A stretch of DNA of 64,000 nucleotides from Tubiluchus corallicola (Eukaryota > Animalia > Priapulida), in NCBI GenBank assembly GCA_030141605.1, contig JAQGDQ010000008.1, positions 248,001 through 312,000 of the forward strand. The letters are read 5' to 3'. The stretch's first letter is position 1. Each line of letters starts with the position of its first letter. The position numbers and the translations under genes were made by a program. The notes beneath the pieces are model-generated. The model searched no databases and was not told the origin of the DNA. It worked only from the letters and a program-made list of their open reading frames with translations. Shown in pieces: positions 37,623 to 48,693 of the stretch.

Positions 37623-40600
37623 TCACCATAATATTTTTAAAAAATATTATGAAGAATTGTTAACTCCTACTCCGACAGAGGATGAATATGAGCAAATAAT
37701 GGAATCAAGGGTTGAACAAATGACAAGTGAGGAGGAAGTAAAAGTAATTAGTAACAGTGAAGTGGATGAAGCAGTTCGATCATTTAAAAATAAAAAGGCT
37801 TCAGACATGCAAGTATGGAAGAATGAAATGATCAAACAAGAAGGGAAAGGATTTATCGAGTGTATAGTAGCAATGCAAAATGAAATAATGAAGCAAAAGA
37901 AAATACCGAAACAATAGGCCCAAATGAAAATAAAGTCAATTTATAAGGGAAAAGGTGACAAGAAAGAGATGAAAAATAGGCGAGGGCTGTTCATAACAAA
38001 TATTTTCAGTAAACTAATGGAAAAGGTGATCAAAAATAGAATAATAGTTAAATTTGAAGAAAGCATAGAGTTCATCAATGTGGCGGAGGAAAAAACAGAG
38101 GGGTCTATGAATACCAATATTTGGGAGATTGGATTAATACAAAATGTATTTATGAAACAATGTTGGGAAAACGAATCGATAAAAATAAAATGATAATTAA
38201 TTATATCAATTCAATAGGAGGTGAGCTGAAAGTGAGAGATTGCTCAATAGGGGTTAAACTAATGCTATACGAGAATCTTTCAGTGAGTGCAGTGCTAGTT
38301 CTGAGACATGGTCAATTTTGACAACAACTGATTGGGAGAAATTAGAAATGGTTCAAGCAAATGCTTTAAAAACCTTATTTAATATTCGTGAATCAACGCC
38401 ATACTGGAGATTAGTAACTGAAATAGGCATATGGCATCTAAAACATAAAGTGAATTATAGGAGATTGATGTTCTATCAGAATTTACTGATTAGCAAACGA
38501 TAAAGATTAGCATCAGAAGTGCTCGAAATGCAAATAAACAGTGCACATTAAAGGTCATGGTATAATGAAGTAGTTGAGGCTGCAAAAATATACCGTAAAA
38601 CGGGGTGAGTTCGCCACCCGAGGGTGAGTTCGCCACCCCTTACGTAATGGCCATTGTAGGTTTGCTGTAACTATTGTTCAGTGTTTAGTGAACAGATATC
38701 ATGATCACCGTAATTATAAGCAGTTTGCGACAGTTATCTTCTTTCAATTCGCACTAGAAGTATTCCATTCTGCGCTACATATTATTTGTCTACTATTTCT
38801 GGCTACTTAACATGCCACGCACCTGCACCCCTGTACCGGGTCATAGATACCAAAATTATACCCCAGAAGCTCTGGAAGCTGCCCTACATGCCGTCAAGAA
38901 TACCAACAGGACAATCAGCGCAGCGGCGAAGCAATTCGGAGTTCCAAGAAAGACCCTTTCTGGCAAACTCTCACGAAGTCATCCGCGGAAGACCGGAGGT
39001 CAGCCAGTGTTCTCCGCCGCCGAGGAGCACGAAATCGCCAACACTCCAAGTGGCCGCTGACCGGGGGTTCCTAATGACTGCCATCGATCTCCGACTACTG
39101 AGTAAGAGTGTTCTTGACGCGAAGGGAATCCAGGAACGACGATTCAAGGCAAACACCCCTGGAATAGACTTTGTCAAATCATTCGCCCGAAGGAACAATC
39201 TGGTTTTCAGAGTGGCTGGCAACATCAAGGGCGCCCGCGATAAGATCAGTGCACAAGACGTTCAAGCCTTCCTTGCCAACGTGGAAGTTTCTATTTGAAA
39301 ACTAAAACTAGACATTTTTCATAATTTTTTCATAGGGTGGCGAACTCACCCCCAACCAGCCAATCACAACCAGTTAACTTCAGCAGCCTAGAATGGCATT
39401 AAACAGTGTTAAATTGTTAGTGGCGAATTCACCCCACGATAGTGTTTCATTTGAAAGGCAATATAAAGCTTGAACTAAGAAAATCGGTTGGGTAATTCTC
39501 TTGCTATGGCAGGAAACGTAAAAAATACCCCTAAAAAGTGGCGAACTCACCCCGTTTTCGGTACCATAGATGCTAATAAAGAAAGGGTGAAGGTCATGAA
39601 AAAGTCTGAATGGAAGAAAGAAATAAAGAATAAGATTGAATGTTGTATAAAGAATGAATGTGCAGAAAAATGCAGAAGCAGCACTAAATTAAGATTTTTA
39701 AGGCATACCGAGTGGAAACGACAAAATTACATATACACATGCAAGCCAGAAGAGGTTAAAGATATATTGACAATAAGACTGAATATGAATAAAGTTCAAG
39801 GGACTACAAGAATGAGTTTAAGGATCAGTTATTATGCCCAGTGTGTGGGGAAGATGATGATACTACTGAACATATGCTTAGATGTGACAGATATGGAGAA
39901 TGGAAAAAATTTTGAACTCAGATATATTAATGAACAGTGAAAAGGAAGGATTGCTAGAAATTAGAAATCTAGTGAACGAATGCATGCAATACAGGATAAA
40001 GACAAGTAAAGACATTAAACTTGGAAAAGACAACTAAAAGATCAGCGTTATAGAAGAATAGACTTTGCACCCTATAAAGGTGTCCGCCTCTGATAGGTGG
40101 AGAGAGTCGAGTATCGTAATCGCAATCGCACCATTATTATTGTAAATAAACAAGAACATTATGTGTACTATATTTTCTATAAAAAAGATCATTCTGATAA
40201 GCCACTGCTTACAAACAAGCCTGAATAATAAATGTGGCACTGAACGTTCAAATAAGTACAAATATGCTATGAGCCTATGTGTTTTGTGGCAGTTATTGTT
40301 TGTTACGGTAAATTTAACTTTTAAATTTCAAAAATTATCACTCACAGAAAACGGGAGCTCACCTCTTCATGGACGCAATGGCAGTGGTACAAAGTAGCAT
40401 TGAAGAGAAGAATTTTCTGCAGCAAGTACAGGACGCTGCCGACCACAAGTGCTTCGTGGCGGAACGAAACTAACTTCTGGATGGAGTACAAACTCAAGGT
40501 TATAGACACAATGTTGAGAACAACGATGAAAAACACGATGGGCGAGATAAACTCGTTTGTGGAATCTACCAGTTGACACAAGACGTTATGTTCGTGCCTC

Positions 40601-41439
40601 AACTTGCCAAACACGCAACTCGGCCAGTCCGAGGCCTTTATCACCTTAGCCATTCTGGTATTGTACTTCTCGATGTATTTATGAAGAGAGAAGGCTAGGA
40701 ATAAGGGAATCCACGTTCCGATTATTACTGGCATGGACTTACAAAGCACAAGTATAAAATTAACCACAAAGATACAATTGTCAGGTATCTTGTTAAAAAA
40801 GTCTTTGCGTTTATAAGGAAACAAGTTAGCTTCTGAATGATTATTATAACGCTGAGGTTCCTTTAAAAATGTGTAGAGAAAATTGAACAACACCAACGCT
40901 AAGATAACAGATGTATAGATGACAACTCGTAATCCAGAAAATTTTGAGCCTATTGACAGGCAAGGCGACATTCTGTCATGAGCCAAGTTCCATTTTTCAA
41001 GGTATGCCTTCATCTTTGGAACTCTTGTCATGATGAGTATGAAGTAGACGAATGCTTCCATGTTTCCAATGTACGATTCAGAAAGGTCCATTATGTAATC
41101 GTCAGTGATGTTCATAGTAGTTATGGCTCTGTGAAAAAAATAAGCGTTGACTCGAATGAATGAACCGGTAATTGATGCCGCAATTAGTGCTGTGTATAAT
41201 AAAATAAGAACTCTCTTCCATGTGACAGTTTTGGCAGAGTTGTCCAACGAGACTGGCAACATACCAGTGATTCTCATTAACGTTGTCAAAGGACGAAACA
41301 CGGTTGCAGCATTTGGACACTTGCATTCTGGTTTCCTTTTTACTACCACACTTTTCACGCTTGCTACAGATACGGTAGACACGTTCCTTTTGAGGGCGCG
41401 CATGTCAAAGGAAATTCCACAAGCTGAATCCTTAAACAT
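34325..41439 (-). CDS. Gustatory receptor-like (GRL, 7tm_7 / 7TM ion channel superfamily) protein, complement(join(34325..34381,34918..35007,35460..35528,40363..41439)), ~430 aa
   Basis: Exon 1 has multiple TM segments and an N-terminal [15 protein letters not shown] motif. Three GT-AG phase-0 introns follow. Exon 2 [23 protein letters not shown]; exon 3 [30 protein letters not shown]; exon 4 [18 protein letters not shown], matching the GR TM7 TYxxxxxQF signature. Confidence 0.88.
36292..36382. repeat. (GA)n microsatellite
   Basis: Direct. Confidence 0.97.
36383..36978 (-). mobile_element. 5'-truncated non-LTR retrotransposon 3' end embedded in a (TC)n/(GA)n tract
   Basis: Open frame from the junction to the stop at 36545 with LINE C-terminal zinc motif [18 protein letters not shown]; 3' UTR ends AATAAAAGACTTATAA followed directly by (TC)n; (GA)n on both flanks. 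Confidence 0.8.
36979..37050. repeat. (GA)n plus short (TTA)n microsatellite
   Basis: Direct. Confidence 0.95.
37388..37628. repeat. Compound trinucleotide microsatellite (TAT)n/(CAT)n/(CAG)n
   Basis: Direct. Confidence 0.97.
37630..40130 (+). mobile_element. Degenerate, internally deleted non-LTR retrotransposon (LINE) interrupted by the pogo-like element
   Basis: Broken ORFs with RT N-terminal motifs ([42 protein letters not shown]) and C-terminal zinc knuckle [17 protein letters not shown] near 39835-39885; stops and frameshifts; short (ATCGYA)n tail near 40113-40130. Confidence 0.85.
38593..39561 (+). mobile_element. Internally deleted pogo/Tigger/Fot1-like (Tc1-mariner superfamily) DNA transposon
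   Basis: TA duplications at 38591-92 and 39562-63; ~25-bp TIRs CCG(T)AAAACGGGGTGAGTTCGCCAC; ORF from 38812 encodes a psq-type HTH ([15 protein letters not shown]) and, after a frameshift, a CENP-B/Tc5 HTH ([13 protein letters not shown]); no DDE domain. Confidence 0.92.
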
Positions 41440-42329
41440 CTAAGGTGCTGCACAAAAAAAATTTCGAAAGTTGTTTATACTGCTACGAGCTAACGCGTCT
41501 GAAAGCAACAGTACCTGTCTGCCGAAAAAATGCGCACCTAGAAATCTTTGTCCGGGATGTTCTGAAGTCTGGCTTCTTCGTCACTGTATTCTGCAGTCTG
41601 GCTTCATTAGATGCTCTGCTAGAGAGAATTGGGATTGTTTGCAAAAGGACGTCAGCCGCAAGCGCAAAGCCATTTACTGTATAAGTTACAGGTGAATTAA
41701 ATGCATTTTATCCCCTGTCGACTATCTGATACCATCAAGCATCAAACTCTGCCAGTAAACAGGATTTCAAGAAAGGCAGGTTTAATACACATGTTCATGG
41801 ACATTGTTTACCAACGATCCGTCAAGTGTATGTAATACTTACTACAGGTATACTCACGTGTACGTCAAGTATGACTTGGGTACTTACGACAGCTGTTGCT
41901 GTTTTCATCTGATAAAATGCGACTCAAAGCGTGTTAGCACGTAAAGGTCAAACTACATTCGAGAAAATTTTGGTTGTTTTAAAAAAATGGAGGTAAAATA
42001 ACAAAGTCAAATGAAGTTCACTTTATTTTCCAGAATGTCAATTGTCAACCATTTTTAAATAACTCATTGCCAGTTTGCGGTTACAAGATTTTCGTAAGAG
42101 AAATTTTTGTAATATGCAAATTTTGAAATTCAAAAAGAAATTATATCGTGTACTTCAAAAATGCGCCGAAATGCTAATTACGACATATTAAGAAGAATAT
42201 AATGGAATCGCTTGAAAACTGCCACACTGATGTTTGTGGCATCATTGTGCCACACAATACGCTTATTTATAAGCGCAAACAGATCGCTTAGATTTTTCTA
42301 AAGATCCAGAAGTTTTAAATCAACAAGTA

Positions 42330-42707
42330 AAAAAACTGATTGCCGGAAATATGTTGTACGTGACTATTATTAAAATTTACCGCAAGTGGACTATATGTCC
42401 ACATTTTTCGATGCAAACAGATGAGGTCAGTTCTTCCAGCAACTGATGCAGTGTCTTACTTCTTTACGGATATTTGCTCCAAGCACTCAACAATTTTTGT
42501 CTTTAATCCGATTGCATCAAACGGTTCTGTGTGGCCGTACATTGCATACTCTTTAAGGGAATTCCAAATACCGAAATCCACTCATGTTTTCTTGACAGTA
42601 AATCCTCAACAGACTAATAGCAGTGCTTTATTTTATGCGATGAAGACAATGTTGAAAAGTAGTTGATTTCTTTATTGTTTTGCTGCCATGTATTGAGTGC
42701 TTTATAC
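42330..42707. repeat. Partial second copy of the 3.1-4.1 kb foldback element
   Basis: TGCATCAAACGGTTCTGTGTGGCCG ... GTTGATTTCTTTATTGTTTTGCTGCCATGTATTGAGTG matches 3691-3885; 42340-42390 matches the reverse complement of the spacer at 3595-3640. Confidence 0.75.
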
Positions 42708-45700
42708 TCCATAGACTTTTTTAAATTAAAAGAAATGACACGTAATTTTTACTGCTGTCACTTAAAATTAGAAAAATATAACAAAGGAATATGCAAATAA
42801 GTTTGAGGCGTGGTAGTTGTAGCATTCACTTGAAAATTATCATATAACAGACTAATCTAGCATTCACAAAGAAGAAATATCACAAAATTAGCTATGTAGT
42901 TTTTGTAGAAACTTCTTATACCTTTGACACAAATTGATAGAACCACGGTGCGTTGCTTTTCTTCAGTAGACAAATGACGTCATTGGTCTAGTGATTTTAC
43001 TAATTACACGAAGCGATTATCACATTTTATTACTAAATTTCTATAGAATTTTCGCGACAATTGGAATAAGTCAAACTTCTCAGAATTAACAGACATTGTT
43101 CTGGCGTTTTTTTTAAATGAAAAAGCTATAAACTTTAACTTGAACAGCCAAAAGCTAATCAACTGCAATACTATATTGCGAAATTTGAACTTTGCAGGAC
43201 GTTTGCTTCTAAAATTATCACAGTCTAAACTCAGCGCACTTTTTTCTACACTGAAGAACTGAACCAGTCTAATCGATATAACTACTTCCCACTTTGGGAT
43301 TGTCACTCCCACAAAAGTAGACTTTTTAAAACAACGCTTTTTTGAAAAAGTATGAGTAACTGGTTTTCGGAAATTAATTAGACCTACTTAATTAAGATTG
43401 CTTTTATTGAAATAGGCTGCCCTGAAACAAAACTTTATGCTTCCTATTGCGAACTAGCTTAGCATACAGGAAGCGGGTATCTAGTAGAGCCTAGTACTCG
43501 ATTTTAAAGTTTGTAACGAGGCCGGAAGCTGTTCATTATCAAGGACCAACCTTATCCTATAAGAAAACGCATTGAACTGGCAGAGGCCTCTTAGTCACAT
43601 TCGGCTATGCAATCTCCTTCACTTAGGTAAACAACCAGAATCAGCACGGCGAATGAAGTAAACCAGAGCAAGCGGCGAGCTGGCGCGCACCCATCCAATC
43701 ACTGAAATGAGCCTCGGCATCATTTCAAAATTTGGTTGCCAAGCGTAACCACGTTCCCCGCCCCTCAATGTTCAACATGGAATTTAGAATTAGAAAATTC
43801 AGCAGTGAAACTAAATTAAAGAAAATTGTTTAGCAAACAGATTCGGGTAAAACTGACATGTTTCTTTTGGCCTTTGCAATGAAAACTGAACTGTTACTTT
43901 ACGCAACATTTAACTGAAGTGTAATTATAATTCGCTAATGGCTGAAAACCATGGCTGATAATGCATCTAGACAAATAACATGACGTTAAGCACAATATTT
44001 GTACATCGCGCCAAGCTTTGCAAAGGCATGGGTAATTTTCGCCAGTCATCTGTTAATAACGGGCTAGCGCCGAGCGTTTTAACAGCTACATACACCTACA
44101 CCTGTTCCGTATGACAACGGTAACGATGTGGGCAGTTTATTTATAAGCTAACACAATTTTACTAAAGCAACTTGTAAATGTTCAAATGCAGTGAGAGACG
44201 CATCATTAATTTTAAATCGCACTAAAAGAACAGTGCAAGAAATATTACGAGCTTTAATGCACGTAATGCAATCATATTTCTTTGTAGTGGAAATAATCTC
44301 GAGTTCTGTATAATACATTGTTCTATATATTCAAGTTCTGTATTATTCTGTATATGCATGTCCATTTAAAGTAACATACACAACTGTAGATATTTGTATA
44401 AAAAGTTTCCGTTTAACGGTATAATATAGCACAATGAATACTATAGAAGTGATCTTGTTAAATTATCTTTATACGCTCTTATGCTTATTTACAAATTTTC
44501 AAGAATTATCAACACTTAGCAACAGAAACTGGGTGGGATAAATCCCCTGCAGTCTTCTCCTTATCCCACGCAGGCTGTGTTTTTCTAATGGTTGTTACGA
44601 TTGTCTACCACCGTGTTCCACCTTCGACTTCAGGTTTTTATTATATCAGTAATTGCTAAAATTAAAATTAAAATAAATATATAAGAATAAATTGTCGTGA
44701 GAGATCAAATCTAAAAACTGTATTGCTAAGTAGCAACAAATGCAAACTAAATGATCAAACCATCCTTTAAGTAATGATTCAATGTCAAATACACAGTAAA
44801 TTGGCATTGCTTCATCTATAACAACTTGTTTTAAAGCACGAAACTGCCTTAAAGTGCTCTTAGATGCCTCCAAAAGTACTCAAATGCAGTAACAATACAT
44901 GGACGGGCGTATCCCATTAGGAAAAACTTACTGCGCTCCCAAGACCTTTAGCTGCTTGTGTGGGCCCTTGGTTAAAATACCCCTCTCCAGTCAAAGACAC
45001 TCCCTCGTAAATATAATTATTGCCATTTTCTTCAAAATTAAATGAATTTGTACTAAAAATATAAATCTGTATAACTGCAGTGCAATGTTCTACAAAGAAC
45101 GCTCTTTACTTACACTAGGTAGAAACACTGAAACACAAAGTCTGTAAATATTGCTGTTCGGGAAACTACAAGTTAGACATCATAGTGACATCAATAATTA
45201 TTGTAAAATTACGAACTTTCTTTTAAGGAATTTCCAAAAGTAAACCTTTCTACTGTTTTAAATTTAATATCCAAATTTCCTAAAACTGTAAAAAAGAAAA
45301 TATTCTGGTCACAAATGGTTAGCACCAACCAATTGTCACTATATATTATAAACATACAGAAATTCGCACCCTCTTGTCTTACTTGTAATAAATTATAAGC
45401 GAAAATACATTAGAAAGTTTGAAAAATTCGATCCTGGTCCTTGTGATTGTAACACGTGAATTTCATCAACACTGGGTCTCGAACCCACGTCTGTCGCACT
45501 CCAATTTTATACCACATAGAAACTTCAATTATTTCAAGGAGCTGTTTTCCATAAGGAGGCCCCCAACATGCTCTATAGCACAGGAAATACACCAGTGAGC
45601 TTCCCGTATCCGAAATTCAGCTTGAGTCTCCACAGAGGGCTCCACGGCTGATTGGTGCTCATAAAGCACACGTTTCCACATAACTGTTTTTAATTATATC

Positions 45701-46005
45701 AACTAGTCTAGCTATAACTTTTCAGAAATATAAATAATTATGCAAATTTGGGCAAAATAAATAATGTATTAAACAGTAAATATTCTAGCAGAATTTGATG
45801 AACAGTGCTACCATTTTTTCAACAAATCAACATGCTTCCTTTGCTTTCTTTCTCATTGTTTTTTTCATGCTAAATTAGGGACAAATGCAAAGAAATTCAC
45901 ATTAAAATTAGAGATCCCTGAAGAAGTACATTTTTGAAAAAAGTCTGCTTCCATTTCCGATTTTCTGCGTTCACATCACTGCCAGCAGTAGCTCTCTTGC
46001 AAGAA

Positions 46006-46956
46006 CTACCTATCCTGCTTCTTTTGGCTGTATTCAACAGTTACGTGGGAATTCTGAGGACCATGATAATCAAAAGGTGGGTAAGCACCTTGGGCATAAC
46101 GACAATCAACAGGTGGCATACCTAATGGATGAGCACCACGTGGATTTGGTTTCTCTGTTTTGTTACTTCCGTAATAGCCAACACCTCCTGGTGGGTAATT
46201 AAGGTACGATACCTTCCATGGTGGTTGAATTTTTCGTGGACCATAGTAACCGCCAGATGGACAAGGTTCATGTGGGTACACATTGTTTGGGTAGATGGAT
46301 GTTGTCTGCACAACTGTATGGCCAGGAAGTGGCGGTGCGGCGTAGGAAACGTTCAATTCGGAGTCTCTATCACCAAAATGAAAGCATCGTTTCCTACAGC
46401 ACAGCCAAGCGCACCAACAGGCCACAATTGTCTCTATGAGAGCTACGGTGATCAGAAAGAAACTCAGGCCCTTGCGAAGCCAATTTCGTTCTTGCTTGCA
46501 GATCTCAAAGTCGTTAGACAAGCGTCCAAAACACAGAGCGTTCATAGAATTTGGCAGAGTTAGAAGAATCAACGGTATGCAAAGAATCGCCGAAAGAATG
46601 CACATGACTAACAAAATCCGAGTGAAAGTTTGAGTCTTCACTTCCGTTTTTCGTTGGCGACTTCCGGCGACACCAACAACACCTGTGGCAATGAAAACTA
46701 AGCCACACCATATTCCAACTCCAGTCAGAAGTACATAGGGCGAGTGTATACTCAGAAGAACTACCTCTGTAATAACACTACAGATACCAGCTATGATTTG
46801 AACAACACAAAGTCTCCAAGCTAAATGACCGTTGAACTCCTTCTTTGCCCGATTTCCGGCAGGTAACGGTAACCCGCGGTCATCTACTGGCACAACAGAA
46901 GTGTTTTGCCTTGGAAAGGAATGCAGTACTGCTGGACCAAGAATAACTGCAGCCAT
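46006..46956 (-). CDS. MS4A/CD20-like four-transmembrane protein, single coding exon, 316 aa
   Basis: First ATG (aaaaATGG) at 46956; four hydrophobic segments with CD20-family-like motifs VQIIAG, GIWCGLVFIATGVVGV and LIETIVACWCAWLCC; two Cys in the TM3-TM4 loop; Pro/Tyr/Gly-rich tail. Confidence 0.8.
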   Translation of the reverse strand: MAAVILGPAVLHSFPRQNTSVVPVDDRGLPLPAGNRAKKEFNGHLAWRLCVVQIIAGICSVITEVVLLSIHSPYVLLTGVGIWCGLVFIATGVVGVAGSRQRKTEVKTQTFTRILLVMCILSAILCIPLILLTLPNSMNALCFGRLSNDFEICKQERNWLRKGLSFFLITVALIETIVACWCAWLCCRKRCFHFGDRDSELNVSYAAPPLPGHTVVQTTSIYPNNVYPHEPCPSGGYYGPRKIQPPWKVSYLNYPPGGVGYYGSNKTEKPNPRGAHPLGMPPVDCRYAQGAYPPFDYHGPQNSHVTVEYSQKKQDR

Positions 46957-48693
46957 TTTTTGCGAAATTATGCAACACGCAGTATCAAACCTCGAATTTT
47001 TCAACTTTGTTATTTTCACATATATCCTAAACTAGCAGTTATCCCTTCGCAACGAATTTAATAGTTGTGTTGTTTAAAACAAACATCTAGCGTTTTCAAT
47101 TCATACTGCATGCAGTAATTCTATTTCAGTTTTCAGACACGGGAATTTGCTGTACACGGAGCTATTTCGAATCCCAAGCACAATATGGAATCTAACGTCT
47201 GAAAATAGCCCCAGGGTTTCTGGCGTGTGCAAATTCTTTACGCATGAATCGAACTCACTCGACTAACAGCGAAAGTGGGTTAGACTAAGATGTGTTCACG
47301 TTCAGCATTTTCATTCAAATGACTAGCATTCTATAGAAGTGGCTGCTTCTATACATACTAATGCATGAATACATTATACAGCTTTCGAAAGCATTTAAAA
47401 ATTCCACACTAATATTTCGTATCAAGCGTATAGTTTTTATACAGCGATACAGCGAATAATTGTACATTAGAAATTAAAAAATGCTCAATGATTAACAACA
47501 AATCTAACAATTTACTTCTCTAATAAAAATGAAAAATTGAGAACAAATTACGATTTGAACTCCAGACTTAGTCCACAACACACACTAGTTCTGCCAATGA
47601 GTACATGTAAGAAATTTTCAAATAACAATGAACATAACTAATGGCTTATGTCTTAAAAAGGCACGATGGAAAAGTGTGACTAACATTCAGCATTCGAACC
47701 AGAAACCTAAAACGAAAGTCTAACAGCTGCCAACTGGATGATCATAACCAACTGATAATAAATGTTTAGACTTTGCCTAACATATTCTCAGAACTGTTTC
47801 ACTTCATTTAGTACGAAACGGAACTGTGATTATCTATGCTTCCTTCTGTTACTTTATTTTCACCAGGAAGTTTACAACACAGATAACTTAATGTGATCTA
47901 TGGCTTCCTTGTGGCAATTACTCAACTTGGCTTCCCAGGTACATAACTAATTACCAGAAATTACACAGTCCTTCCATCGAAGACTTCCACTGCTTGTATT
48001 AAATACTAAAATAGAGCAGGCCTATTAAGGTGGCCACTTAAAAATGAAAAAAAATAAAATAATCAATGATCTTCCAATTTGGCATTGACGGAGACTATGT
48101 TGTTATTTATTTTTTATATGTCTTAACAATCACTGTCTTTGTCAGTTGACTTTGAAATTGTTGTAATAGTGCTGCATGTCTATTTTTAGGAAACTTGTTT
48201 TCTTGAACATTGATAATGCTTTACATACAGTAACAATGCAAGATTTTGTTAAATACAGTTGTAACTTAGTGTTGATTATTTAGACTGATGATGAGTTGAA
48301 TTAAAACCTGAAATGGCATACGGAGGTAATTACTAGCCAGCAGCGGCTGTTATTCCTAACAGTAACAGTATCGTTCAAATTTTATTAAAGTAAATACTCA
48401 TGTGGCAAGTGGACTCTATTAGGCAAAAAGCTTGGCCACTCGAAACAATATTTACAGTACTATACCAAAAGGGAGCATATAATCATGTTAAAATTTAATT
48501 TATTTACTTACAGGTTCACAAAAAATATGTAAAATCTACACAACAATGATTATCACAGCTCTATTCAGCACAACAAAATGTCTCATAAACACGATTGTAG
48601 CAGACAGTGAACATCATTTCTTCTACATAATCAAGGCAATAAAACTACAAATAATACAAACATTCGTAAAAAATGCCTCGATAAGTTACACTA

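Noticed and set aside
37306-37663. Poly-Ile, poly-Met and poly-Ser ORFs
   Set aside because: Pure trinucleotide microsatellite.
41445-41695. Plus-strand ORFs and an open minus-strand frame just upstream of the GRL start
   Set aside because: No recognisable product and no ATG in the open minus frame; more likely 5' UTR or promoter.
46957-47019. N-terminal 21 aa of the 337-aa ORF in the track
   Set aside because: Begins at GTG; the first ATG with strong context is at 46956.
47640-47750. GGTTCGAA B-box as a possible tRNA gene
   Set aside because: No cloverleaf could be folded; more consistent with a decayed tRNA-derived SINE head.
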